From: Deltaproteobacteria bacterium
GTDB lineage: Bacteria; Myxococcota; SpSt-1050; JACRCP01
Length of the DNA: 64,000 nucleotides
Direction: 5' to 3'
Assembly (NCBI GenBank): GCA_016218965.1
Contig: JACRCP010000150.1
Location: forward strand, 12,316 to 76,315
Part shown: piece by piece, positions 28,878 through 41,002 of the stretch
Position numbering within the stretch: position 1 is the first letter of the stretch
Layout: every line of letters starts with the position of its first letter
Position numbers and translations under genes: made by a program
The notes under the pieces: model-generated
Databases searched by the model: none
Seen by the model: the letters and a program-made list of their open reading frames with translations, nothing else
What the model was told of the DNA's origin: nothing

Positions 28878-29320
28878 TTCACGCAAGGCGGTCCCCAGTT
28901 GTTGAGGTCCTCGCCGTCGCCCGCGCCGCCCTCGCGCGCGTCGGCCCCGTACGACATGAGATCGAAGCCCTCGGTGTTGTGCTGGCCCGGGAAGATGTAG
29001 ACGTACTCCTTGCCCCAGGGGTCCTTGGGGACCGCCGCCGCCTTGATCTTTTTTGCCGCGACCAGCGCCTGAATCCCCTCCTCGGTCCCGGGATACTGGT
29101 TCTTCTCGAGCTTGTAGAGCTCCAGCGCCTGCTCGAACTCCCTGATCTGGTTGCATGCCGTCATCTTTTTCGCGGCCTCGAGCTGTCTCATGACCGCCAC
29201 GCCGACGAGCCCCATGACAAGCCCGATGATCGTGATGACCACCATGATCTCGATGAGCGTCATGCCGCGCTCTGCGTTCCGCCCGCGCCTCCGCGCCCCA
29301 AGCCGCCTCGCCGTTTCCAT
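28874..29320 (-). CDS. gspG: Type II secretion system major pseudopilin G.
   Basis: 'RGMTLIEIMVVITIIGLVMG' after a basic leader. ATG at 29320 with an AAGGAGG RBS. 148 aa. Confidence 0.85.
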   Translation of the reverse strand: METARRLGARRRGRNAERGMTLIEIMVVITIIGLVMGLVGVAVMRQLEAAKKMTACNQIREFEQALELYKLEKNQYPGTEEGIQALVAAKKIKAAAVPKDPWGKEYVYIFPGQHNTEGFDLMSYGADAREGGAGDGEDLNNWGPPCVK

Positions 29321-29332
29321 CGTCCCGCCTCC

Positions 29333-30553
29333 TTATTGAATGAACTCGTTTATCTTGAGAATCGGCAAAAGAATGGACAGCACTATCATCAGGACGACTC
29401 CCGCCATCCCGAGGATCATCAGGGGCTCAAGGAGCGTGACGAGCACGGCAAGCCGCGTCTCGACCTGGTAGTCGTAGGCGTCCGCGACGTTGGCGAGCAT
29501 CTCCTCGAGCTGGCCCGATCTTTCGCCCGTCTGGATCATGTGGATGACCATCGGGGGAAACTGGCCGCTTCTTTTGAGCGGCCCGGCTATGCTCTCGCCC
29601 TCCTTGATGCTGGTGCGCGCCTCTTCGACGGCTCTCACCAGGATCGTGTTCCCGAGGATGTTTTTGACGATGTCGAGCGCCCCGAGGATGGGGACGCCCG
29701 ATTTCAAGAGCGTCGAGAGCGTGCGCGAGAACCTCGCGACCGCGAGCATGCGGATGATGTTGCCGAAGATGACGGTGCGGAGCACGAACGCGTCCCACTT
29801 CACCTTGCCCTCTGGCGTCCGCTTCCACCGCCTGAAGAGCCAGACGGCGGCCGCGGCGATGATGAAAAGCAGCCACCAGTACGACTTGATCACGTTCGAG
29901 ACGAATATCAGGACGAGCGTGGGTATCGGGAGCGAGGCCTTCACGTCCTCGAAGATCTTGGTGATCTTTGGGATGATGAACACGAACACCATCCCGACTA
30001 TCACGACGCCGACCACGACCATGAGCAGCGGATAGAAGAGCGCCGAGAGGACCTTGGTGCGAAGGCGTGCCTGGCTCTCCATGAAGTCGGCCAGCCTCTG
30101 GAGCACGATATCGAGCGCCCCCGACGACTCGCCGGCGCGGATCATGTTGATGTAGAGGTCGCCGAAGACCTTTTGGTGCTTTTCGAGGCCGTCGGCGAGG
30201 GAGCCGCCCTCGTTGACGAACTGCTTGACCTGCGAGACGATGAGCCTGAGCTTGGGGTTCTCGACCTGGTCCGAGAGTGCCCCGAGGCTGTCGACGAGCG
30301 GGATCCCGGCCTTAAGAAGCGTCGAGAGCTGGCGCGTGAAGATCGAGAGGTCCTGGACGCTCACGCGGCCGAAATATTTGGTGAAATCTATCCCGCGGCG
30401 CGCGGCCTCGGCGGCGGCCTGCTCGGCGAACTCGGTGAGCAGTATCCCTTCCTTGCGGAGGGCGGCCTTGAGCGAGCGCGAGCTGTCGGCGTCGCGAACG
30501 CCCCTCAACTCCTTCCCGTCGGCCGCCAGGCCGCTGTACTCAAATACCGGCAT
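29333..30553 (-). CDS. gspF: Type II secretion system inner-membrane platform protein F.
   Basis: Duplicated GspF domains, 3 TM helices, 406 aa. ATG at 30553. Confidence 0.85.
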   Translation of the reverse strand: MPVFEYSGLAADGKELRGVRDADSSRSLKAALRKEGILLTEFAEQAAAEAARRGIDFTKYFGRVSVQDLSIFTRQLSTLLKAGIPLVDSLGALSDQVENPKLRLIVSQVKQFVNEGGSLADGLEKHQKVFGDLYINMIRAGESSGALDIVLQRLADFMESQARLRTKVLSALFYPLLMVVVGVVIVGMVFVFIIPKITKIFEDVKASLPIPTLVLIFVSNVIKSYWWLLFIIAAAAVWLFRRWKRTPEGKVKWDAFVLRTVIFGNIIRMLAVARFSRTLSTLLKSGVPILGALDIVKNILGNTILVRAVEEARTSIKEGESIAGPLKRSGQFPPMVIHMIQTGERSGQLEEMLANVADAYDYQVETRLAVLVTLLEPLMILGMAGVVLMIVLSILLPILKINEFIQ

Positions 30554-30554
30554 C

Positions 30555-32257
30555 CTATTGAATGTCCTCCTGCGTCACGCGCATGACCTCTTCAATCGTA
30601 GTCATCCCGCGGCTCACCTTCTGGGCGCCGTCCTCGCGAAGCGTGAGCATCCCCTTCGCCTGGGCGGCGCGCTTTATCGTGTTCGAGTCGGCGTTCTTGA
30701 GGATGAGCGCCTGGATCTCCTCGTCGATGAGCATCATCTCGTAGATCCCGCTCCGGCCCGTGTAACCGGTGCTCAGGCACTTGGGACAGCCCTTGGGCCG
30801 GTAGATGAAACCCGGCCGGGGAATGGTCTCGCGCCTAAGCCCGATCTGGCCGATCTCGGCGTCCGACGGGACGTACGGCTCGCGGCACTCGGGACAGACC
30901 GTCCGCACGAGGCGCTGGGCGAGGATCCCGACGAGTGACGACGCCACCAGGAACGGCTGGACGCCCATGTCGACGAGACGGGTGAGCGAGGTCGCGGAGT
31001 CATTGGTGTGCAGCGTCGAGAACACGAGGTGGCCGGTGAGCGACGCCTGAATGGCAATCTCCGCGGTTTCGAGATCACGGATCTCGCCAACGAGAATCAC
31101 GTCGGGGTCCTGGCGCAGGAACGAGCGCAGCCCCGTCGCGAACGTAAGTCCGATCTTGGGGCTGACCTGCATCTGGCCGATCCCCTTGATCTGGTACTCG
31201 ATGGGGTCCTCGACGGTGAGGATGTTGAGATCCGGCGAGTTGATCTCGGTGAGCGCCGCGTAGAGCGTTGTCGTCTTGCCGCTCCCGGTGGGGCCGGTGA
31301 CCAGGATGATCCCGTGACTCTTGTGGATGAGCTCGCGCATCCCCGAAAGCTTCTCGTCCATGAGGCCCAGATCGCTCATGTTGAGCAGAACGCCGGTCTT
31401 GTCCAGAAGGCGCATCACCACGCGCTCGCCGTGGGCGGTCGGGATGACGCTCACACGGACGTCTATGTCCTTGCCCGCTATCTTGATCCTTATGCGCCCG
31501 TCCTGCGGCAGGCGCTTCTCGGCGATGTTGAGACCCGCCATGATCTTGACGCGCGAGATGATCGAGGCCTGGAACCTCTTGGGCGGCTTGATGATCTCGT
31601 AGAGGACGCCGTCTATCCGGAAGCGGACGACGATCTCCTTTTCGAACGGCTCGATGTGGATGTCCGAGGCGCGCTCTTTCACCGCCTGGGCGAAAAGCGA
31701 GTTCACCAGCCGGATGATGGGCGCCTCGTCGCTGGCGTCCAGCAGGTCTTCGGGCTCCTCGAGCTCGTGCGCGATGTCGTCGAGGTTGGCCTCCTCGAGG
31801 TCGTCCATCACCGACTCGGCCTGCCGGGCGCGCTTGTCGTAGACCGCGTTGATGGCGTCGGTCACCTTCTGTTTGGTCGAGACGACCGCCCCGACGCGGG
31901 CCTTGAGTATGGCGGCCACGCCGTCCAGCGCGGCGAGGTCGAGCGGGTCCGCCACGAGGACGCGGCACGAGCCGTCAACCCGCTCGATGGGCAGAACGAA
32001 AAACTGCTTTGCGAAGTTGATGGGTATGTCTTTCACGAGATCGGGGTCCACCTTTTCGACCGCGACCTCGTCGAGGTACGTGAGCCCAAGCTGGTCGCAG
32101 AGCGCGCGGGCGACGGACTCCTCGGGAACGGCCTTGAGCGAAACGAGTATCTCCCCGAGCCTCCCGGGCTTCGATTTCTGGATCTCGATCGCCTCCTCGA
32201 GCTTTTCGCGGGCCAGCCCGTAGGACTCGACGAGGATCTCGCCTATGGGTTTCCGAT

Positions 32258-32261
<4 letters not shown>
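30555..32261 (-). CDS. gspE: Type II secretion system ATPase E.
   Basis: N-terminal GspE_N domain and a Walker A 'LVTGPTGSGKTTTLYA'. It also has Asp box, His box and a CxxC tetracysteine. GTG start, overlapping the gspD stop. Confidence 0.9.
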
Positions 32262-34891
<2,630 letters not shown>

Positions 34892-34916
34892 GGCGCTTCT
34901 CCCGCGTGTTGACCGG

Positions 34917-35825
34917 TCAGTGGATCGTGTAGTCATAGCTCATGGCCTTGCCGCCGCGGCTGATGTCGATCTTGACCGACTTGGAGTCTTTGAGTTTCTG
35001 GTAGATCTCAAGTGCTTTGTCCGGGCTGTTCATCTCGAAACCGTTGATCTTCTGGACGACGTCCCCGTTCTGGAGCCCGATTTTGGAATATATGCTGTCC
35101 GGCTTGATCGAGAAGAGCTTGAAGCCGTTGGCCTTTCCACCTTCGAAATTGGGGACGATGCGCGCCTGCATGGCGACCTGGTTGAGGTTCGAGAGCGTCT
35201 TGTCGATCTCGGCCTGCGACACCACGTACGAGGTGTCCGTGAGCTTGCGGACGCCCTCCCCCGACGCGGGCTCCTCGACCTTCTTCGATATCGGCAGCGC
35301 GGGTCTCGGGGCGCCGTGTTCCTCCTCGAGATCGAGGTACTCGAAGCGGTTCGAATGCGTGAGCGTGACCCTCTTCCGCTCGATCTTCGTGATGAAATAG
35401 TCGTCCTGCACGACCGAGCCGACGCCGTAGATCCCCGTGGCCTGCGTGCCGGTCTCGACCAGGACACAGAGCGACCACTGCGGGTCTTCAGCAACAACGG
35501 TGCCGACGAGCTTGGCCTTGATCTGCGAAAGGGTCGGCTCGAAATCCTCCGGTCTGGAGTCGTCCACGGGAATCGTCGTGTCGATGTTGATGGGCGCCTG
35601 GCGGGCAGTGCCGAAGATGTTCTTGTCTTTGACCCCGTCGAGGTTCGGCGGCGAAGCCTGTCTATGGCCGCCGCCGCCCGTCGCCGCCTCGGTCTTGGGC
35701 AGTTCAGGCAGCGGACGAAGCGACGCGCCGATGTACGCATTGGCGATGGACGACACGAAAAACGCGCACGCGGTGATGGCCGCAAGCTCGAACGTCCAGA
35801 AGTACTTCCTGAGCCACGTATCCAT
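34917..35825 (-). CDS. gspC: Type II secretion system protein C (TM anchor plus C-terminal PDZ).
   Basis: ATG at 35825 with an AGGGAAGGA RBS. It has a TM segment (FELAAITACAFFVSSIANAYI) and a C-terminal PDZ (IGLQNGDVVQKINGFEMNSPDKALEIYQKL). The ORF track's 580-aa version begins upstream in non-coding sequence. Confidence 0.6.
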   Translation of the reverse strand: MDTWLRKYFWTFELAAITACAFFVSSIANAYIGASLRPLPELPKTEAATGGGGHRQASPPNLDGVKDKNIFGTARQAPINIDTTIPVDDSRPEDFEPTLSQIKAKLVGTVVAEDPQWSLCVLVETGTQATGIYGVGSVVQDDYFITKIERKRVTLTHSNRFEYLDLEEEHGAPRPALPISKKVEEPASGEGVRKLTDTSYVVSQAEIDKTLSNLNQVAMQARIVPNFEGGKANGFKLFSIKPDSIYSKIGLQNGDVVQKINGFEMNSPDKALEIYQKLKDSKSVKIDISRGGKAMSYDYTIH

Positions 35826-35905
35826 CGCCTGTCCTTCCCTTGTTTCGCGAACGATCCGGAAACCCGAAGCGGCGGCCCGAACCGGGGCCGGCAAGCGGAA
35901 ACATG

Positions 35906-35920
35906 GCAAGACCCGTGCCG
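35906..35920 (-). promoter_or_regulatory. Candidate sigma54 (-24/-12) promoter for the gsp operon: cGGCAC-N5-TTGC.
   Basis: The minus strand reads CGGCACgggtcTTGC about 80 nt upstream of the gspC ATG. The GG and GC spacing is correct. The first position deviates from TGGCAC. Confidence 0.3.
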
Positions 35921-36092
35921 GGGCCCGCGGACCCCGACGCCGCGGCCATCGTTTGAAACCCTTTGATTTTGCTTTTGATTCCGCGTGGCCTCCGAAACAC
36001 CGTATCTGGCACCGGTTTGGCTTTCGCCCCGGCCTTGGCGGAAGTTGCCAAAAATGCAAAACAACCGCCGGGCGGAGGCCGGACGTTGACAT

Positions 36093-36121
36093 TTTGACAA
36101 CGCGTGGCCCGTGGTATACAT
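36093..36121 (+). promoter_or_regulatory. Sigma70-type promoter for amgK: TTGACA, 17-nt spacer, TACATA. A second TTGACA lies 8 nt upstream.
   Basis: Read directly: ttgacattttgacaacgcgtggcccgtggtatacata. It is about 35 nt upstream of the ATG at 36156. Confidence 0.4.
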
Positions 36122-36155
36122 ACGGCCGGGTTTCGGGCGTGAGGGCGGAGGAAAC

Positions 36156-37202
36156 ATGCCTGAGTTCGAGTCGGTCCTTTCGGAAAGACTCGCCGGGGAG
36201 TGGGGGATTCGCGGGCCGTATTCCCTTGACAAGCTCAAGGGCGACGCGTCGTACCGCTCGTACTACCGGGTTCACGCGGGCGGTGCCGGAAAGACCTTCG
36301 TCCTTATGCAGTGGGACCCCGCGCTCACCTCGAAGGCCGAGGAGATCGCAAAAGGTGCGGCGCCCGCCGAGTTCCCGTTTCTCAACATCCAGCGGTACCT
36401 TGGCCGGGGCGGGGTCCGGGTGCCCGGCGTCGTTTCGTCGTCGGTGAAAGACGGACTCATCCTCCTCGAGGACCTTGGGGACGTTACACTTGAAACGACG
36501 CTTGCCGGAAAGGGCCTGCACGAGCGCCGCGTCATGTATGAAGAGGCGGTCCGCAATCTGGTGGCGATCCAGTCGCTCGGGGAGCGCGATCGCGACCCTG
36601 CCTGCCTCGCCTTCCAGCGGGTGTTCGATCGCGACCTCTACGTGTGGGAGTTCAACCACTACGTCGAGTACGGGATCGAGGCGCGCAGCGGGAGCAAGGT
36701 CCCGCCTGCGGACCGCGCCCTGATGGACGAGTGGTTCGAACGCTTAAGCGACGAGCTCGACGCCATCCCAAAGGGCTTCACGCACCGCGACTACCAGAGC
36801 AGGAACCTGATGGCGTGCGGAGGCGCATGGTGCCTGATCGATTTCCAGGATGCGCTCCTGGGGCCGCCGCAATACGACCTCGTGGCGCTTCTCAAGGATT
36901 CGTACGTGGACATCGGCGAGGACGACGCGCGGCATCTCGTTTCGGTGTTCCTCGCGGAGCGTGAAAAGGCGGGGCTGCCGATCGAGGACGAGGCGTTCTG
37001 GCGGGGGTTCAAGGTGCAGACAATACAGCGCAAGCTCAAGGACGCGGGGAGGTTCATATTCATAGACCGCGTGAAAAAGAACGCGTCGTTTCTCCCGCAC
37101 GTCCCGTCAAGCTTCGAGTACGTTCGCCGGTATCTTTCGACCATGGATGACCTCAAAGACCTCCACGAGATCCTTGGGCGTTACACGCCCGAACTTCGAT
37201 AG
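36156..37202 (+). CDS. amgK: APH-family kinase, likely an anomeric MurNAc/GlcNAc kinase (AmgK-like).
   Basis: Phosphotransferase (APH) fold motifs: 'HRDYQSRNLM' is a Brenner-like catalytic loop and 'IDFQD' is an Mg site. It is directly followed by a MurU-like nucleotidyltransferase. ATG at 36156 follows a GGAGGA RBS. Confidence 0.55.
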   Translation: MPEFESVLSERLAGEWGIRGPYSLDKLKGDASYRSYYRVHAGGAGKTFVLMQWDPALTSKAEEIAKGAAPAEFPFLNIQRYLGRGGVRVPGVVSSSVKDGLILLEDLGDVTLETTLAGKGLHERRVMYEEAVRNLVAIQSLGERDRDPACLAFQRVFDRDLYVWEFNHYVEYGIEARSGSKVPPADRALMDEWFERLSDELDAIPKGFTHRDYQSRNLMACGGAWCLIDFQDALLGPPQYDLVALLKDSYVDIGEDDARHLVSVFLAEREKAGLPIEDEAFWRGFKVQTIQRKLKDAGRFIFIDRVKKNASFLPHVPSSFEYVRRYLSTMDDLKDLHEILGRYTPELR

Positions 37203-37226
37203 GGATGAGGCGCGGTTTGCGGAAAC

Positions 37227-37254
37227 CCCAAATCCCAAATCCCAAATCCCAAAT
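37227..37254 (+). repeat. Perfect heptanucleotide tandem repeat, CCCAAAT x4, in the amgK-murU intercistronic spacer.
   Basis: Read directly. It ends 7 nt before the murU-like ATG at 37262. Confidence 0.9.
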
Positions 37255-37261
37255 CCGGGGC

Positions 37262-38233
37262 ATGATCCTCGCTGCGGGGTACGGGACGCGCCTGCGTCCG
37301 CTCACGGAACATCTCCCGAAACCGCTGCTCCCCGTGCTCGGAAGACCGGTGCTGTGGCATCAGGCCAGGCTCCTCGCCGATGCCGGTGTCAAAGAGGCCG
37401 TTATCAATCTCCACCACCTTCCCGAGCGCATCGAGGAGTATGTCGGGTCGGGTGCGCTCGGATTCCTGGCGACTCATTTCGTGCGCGAGGAGGGGCGGAT
37501 TCTCGGCACGGGAGGCGGGATCCGGAACGCCCGCGGCTTTCTCGGTCCCAAGACGGCGCTCGTCGTAAACGGCGACACGCTGCTTCTGGCCGACCTTGCG
37601 GCGCTGGTCGGGCACCACCGCAAGAGCGGCGCCACGGCCACCATGCTGCTCATCGAGGACCCGTCCGTCGCCGATGAACACGCGGTCTACGTCGACGGGG
37701 GCGGACGGGTTCGGAGGGCGGTCGGGCACGGCGCCCCCGCCCGCGGCCTTTTGCGTTGCGCGTTTCTGGGCGCCCACGCCATCGAGCCCGCCGCAATCGA
37801 CTACCTGCCGCAAGAGGGTTGTGTAATTCGAAACGGCTACGTCAAGGCGATGGGCAACGGCGAACCCATCGCCGGATTCGTTACACGCGCCCAAGCACGG
37901 GACCTGGGAACACCGGCGTCCCTGTTGCAGACAAACCTCGACGCGCTCCACGGCGAACTCGACATGCCCCATGTCAAAGAATCGTTATCTGACAATAAGT
38001 TGGATTCGCGGCACAAAGATCCGGTCAAGGTGCGGGGGATGGTGTTTGTCGGTCCCGGGTGCGCGTTCGGGACCGGCGTGGAACTCGGCCCGGACGCCGT
38101 GCTCGCGTGTAACGTCCGTGTAGGAAAAGGGGCCAGGATCGCCCAATCGTTGGTACTACACGGAGAAACGATCAAACCCGGCGAGGTGCTCACGCACACC
38201 GTCGCCGGGTTTGGTCTTCGGATTCGAGCCTGA
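37262..38233 (+). CDS. murU: Sugar-phosphate nucleotidyltransferase (MurU/GlmU-like) with a C-terminal left-handed beta-helix.
   Basis: 'MILAAGYGTRLRPLT' G-x-G-T-R motif and 'GDTLLLADL'. The C-terminus has hexapeptide repeats. ATG at 37262. Confidence 0.55.
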   Translation: MILAAGYGTRLRPLTEHLPKPLLPVLGRPVLWHQARLLADAGVKEAVINLHHLPERIEEYVGSGALGFLATHFVREEGRILGTGGGIRNARGFLGPKTALVVNGDTLLLADLAALVGHHRKSGATATMLLIEDPSVADEHAVYVDGGGRVRRAVGHGAPARGLLRCAFLGAHAIEPAAIDYLPQEGCVIRNGYVKAMGNGEPIAGFVTRAQARDLGTPASLLQTNLDALHGELDMPHVKESLSDNKLDSRHKDPVKVRGMVFVGPGCAFGTGVELGPDAVLACNVRVGKGARIAQSLVLHGETIKPGEVLTHTVAGFGLRIRA

Positions 38234-39898
38234 CTACTCGGCCTTCATCCCTTCGTAGTGCGCCGCCTGCTGGTCGCACCACAGGACCTTCGATTCGCAC
38301 TCCTTGATGAACAGGCGGACCTTTTGGCCCTGTTGCAGGAGGCTCCTCCCCTCGTTCGCCTCCCTGGCCTCGCGGGCCTGTCTTTCGAGATCGGCGGCAA
38401 GCGCCCTGAGCCCCGGGAGCATGGCGGAGATCTTTTTGGCCTCGGCGCGCACCATTCCCGCCCTGGTCTTGCCGTCGAAGATATCACCCTGTCCCGAGAT
38501 GCCGTCCAGCTTGGCTTGGTTCTCCTTGAACATCCGCTCGTACTCGGCGAGTGACAGGGGTTTGGCCGATGGTTTCGGCGCCGCGGTCTCCTCGGCCGGG
38601 GGCTGCAGGACAAGCGACGCGACTTTTTTCTCGTCGCCCTTCATATCCCCAACCGCCTCGCTGGCGTGAGCGGCCATGCGGCCGAGCCCCTCGACCCTGG
38701 CCGAAACCGCGTTCCTGCGGACCATCTCGGGGACCTCGCGCCCCGCGGCGGCGGGCCTTGCCGTGTGGAGGTCATCGCGCGGAATCGGGGCCACCTTTCC
38801 TGCCGACGGCGCACCGGGAACCGGCGCGTACGCCGGCCCGGCATGCCCCGGTTTCGCCTTTGCGTCGAGCTCTTTGGCCTTCTTGACATTCTCTGCCGGT
38901 GCCATGACCCTTTCGCGCGCTTTCTTGACCTCGGCCTCGACCGCGTCGCGCGCGGACTTCGCGACGCCCGGCTCGGCCGCAAGCTCCTTCATCAACTGCC
39001 CGAGATACTCCATCTGCACTTCGGCGGCGTTCTGGACCGCCCGCACCTGCTCGATGGCCTCCGAAAAGGCCGCCTTCCTGCCGTCCCTCTCGGGATCTTC
39101 GGCCTTTTCGAGCGCCGTGTACGCGGCCTCGGCCTTTTCGAGCTTCTCGCGGGACGCACCGCCGGCGGCCCCGATCGCTTCGGAGAACGCCGCGGCCACG
39201 CGCACGGGGTCCTTGAGCACTTCAGCTTTCTTCTGCGAGAGCCATTGATCCCAGTCCGCGAGTTTCAGGTTCTCGGGCGCCGCGTCGATCCGGCCGGCCT
39301 CCACGACGACCTCGCGCTGTTTCTCGACCGTGCGGGACGCCGTCCTCGTCCTCACCTCGACCACACCGTCCTCGACGCCGACCCTTGTCGAGCCGTCGGC
39401 CGCCGCGGCAACGTGGAACTGCGTGCCGCGCACACCGGCGACGGCGGTCGGCGTCGTCACCTCGAGGCGCAGGCCGCCGGCGAGCTTGGCGACCGTCAAC
39501 CAGATTCGGCCCATGACCAGTCCGATCTCTTGCGTCTTCGCGCCGGCCATCTCGACATCGCCGAGCCTGACGAACGCCCCGGGACCGATCTTGAGAACGG
39601 TGCCCGTTTGGAATTCGATCGCGGCCGAGCCGTCCTTTTCGCAAATCACGGCGTCCTCACCCTGGAGCGCGGTACCGGCGGGAGCGGGCGCCGTTTCGGC
39701 TCCGCGGCGGAACTTCACCCCGCCCGCGGACTCGCGCACGACGGCGAACGCCGCCGTGACAACCGGCGGTTGCGACACCGCCTGAACGGCTGGCTTGGCC
39801 GCCTCAGGGCCCGCCGGCGCCTTTTTTGCCTCTTCCGCCGTGCACGCGAAGATCGCTACCAACCCGATCAACAGAACCGCCACGATGGAACTTTTCAT
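38234..39898 (-). CDS. Secreted FecR-domain protein with a long Ala/Glu/Lys-rich coiled-coil C-terminus.
   Basis: Signal peptide (IVAVLLIGLVAIFACTA), FecR-like region (VAGVRGTQFHVAAA...VGVEDGVVEV). ATG at 39898 with a GGGAGG RBS. Confidence 0.4.
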   Translation of the reverse strand: MKSSIVAVLLIGLVAIFACTAEEAKKAPAGPEAAKPAVQAVSQPPVVTAAFAVVRESAGGVKFRRGAETAPAPAGTALQGEDAVICEKDGSAAIEFQTGTVLKIGPGAFVRLGDVEMAGAKTQEIGLVMGRIWLTVAKLAGGLRLEVTTPTAVAGVRGTQFHVAAAADGSTRVGVEDGVVEVRTRTASRTVEKQREVVVEAGRIDAAPENLKLADWDQWLSQKKAEVLKDPVRVAAAFSEAIGAAGGASREKLEKAEAAYTALEKAEDPERDGRKAAFSEAIEQVRAVQNAAEVQMEYLGQLMKELAAEPGVAKSARDAVEAEVKKARERVMAPAENVKKAKELDAKAKPGHAGPAYAPVPGAPSAGKVAPIPRDDLHTARPAAAGREVPEMVRRNAVSARVEGLGRMAAHASEAVGDMKGDEKKVASLVLQPPAEETAAPKPSAKPLSLAEYERMFKENQAKLDGISGQGDIFDGKTRAGMVRAEAKKISAMLPGLRALAADLERQAREAREANEGRSLLQQGQKVRLFIKECESKVLWCDQQAAHYEGMKAE

Positions 39899-40074
39899 CA
39901 GCCTGCCTCCCGTCCCCCGGGGGATCCGGTTCCCCGCAGGGCACTTTGCCGCATTGTCCCGAAACCCGCCACAGACGCATTATAGCCCGATTTTCCGTTT
40001 TTTAAAGACCAGTTTTCCGCCGCGGCGTTTTCTCGCAATTTCGCCAACTCCTCCCCGGAAACTCCCGACAGTTT

Positions 40075-40686
40075 CTATGTCCCCACCTGCGCGCAGCCGC
40101 AGCCCGCGGGTTCGATGATCACTTCTTGGCCCGAGTCGGCGGCCCGTGCGCCGGCGTCGGTTTGCGCGTCAGGCGTCAACGCCGCATCGTGAACAGCTTC
40201 GGCGTCTGCGTCTCCCGTCGCTGCATCTTCCATCTCTGCGCCGCCGTCCAGCTCCGCCTCACCCCCGCCGGCTTCCCCGTCGAAACCAGCCTCTGCGACG
40301 TCGTCGCCCGCACCGTCAAATCCACCGTCCACCCCCACATCCCACGGCCCCGTCACACAGTTTCCCTTCCCGTCACAGTGGTCTTCGGTGGTCGCCGGAT
40401 CCCCGTCGTCGCAGAAGACGCCCTCGTTCATGATTACTGCCGTGCCATTGCTCTGTCGCACTTTGCACCACGACGCGATGCCGGTCTTGAGGATTAGTGC
40501 TGTACTCGCACTATGTGCATATTCTGGATATGTTTCATAACAGGTCTCCCAATAACCGCCTGTAAATAGCACGTCGCCGCTCGGCATCGGCGTCGCGACC
40601 TGCCCACTTGCCAAACGGCAACCGTTCGGAAATTCATAGGTGGGAACCGGGGTGATCTCGAATGTGGTCAATACCAAAACCCGCAC
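40075..40686 (-). CDS. Hypothetical protein. The N-terminal half is encoded in a low-GC patch. The C-terminal half is Asp/Gly/Ala-rich and ends ...EPAGCGCAQVGT.
   Basis: It is the only long ORF here. It starts on GTG with no RBS and shows a sharp compositional change near 40440. Confidence 0.25.
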   Translation of the reverse strand: MRVLVLTTFEITPVPTYEFPNGCRLASGQVATPMPSGDVLFTGGYWETCYETYPEYAHSASTALILKTGIASWCKVRQSNGTAVIMNEGVFCDDGDPATTEDHCDGKGNCVTGPWDVGVDGGFDGAGDDVAEAGFDGEAGGGEAELDGGAEMEDAATGDADAEAVHDAALTPDAQTDAGARAADSGQEVIIEPAGCGCAQVGT

Positions 40687-41002
40687 GCGGGCTCAATCAA
40701 AATCGTGGGGTTGCCGTGTGTTCTTGTGTGTGTTCTTGTTGCACTAGGCCGGGTTCGGCGGTAACATCTGCGGCGACGTACCGCCGAGTCCCGCGAACGC
40801 GGGAGCGGGGGAACCAGCGTCCCGGTTTGATGGTCGAGTCGTCGCCGGGACAGGGGCGCATCGAAGGGGAAGAAAAGTCCCCGACGTAGGGCAACTCTTC
40901 GGCCCAAGCCCGTCAGCTAACCTCGCAGGCGTCGAAGGGGAGAACCTCCCGGACGGTCCGGAGGTCCATCCTCTGAAGGAAGGCCCCGAGGAGGTTCTGC
41001 CC

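Noticed and set aside
40075-40110. Possible MYXO-CTERM sorting signal at the end of ORF 40075..40686 (...AGCGCAQVGT).
   Set aside because: No hydrophobic helix or Arg tail follows the GCGC. The in-frame sequence after the stop is hydrophilic.
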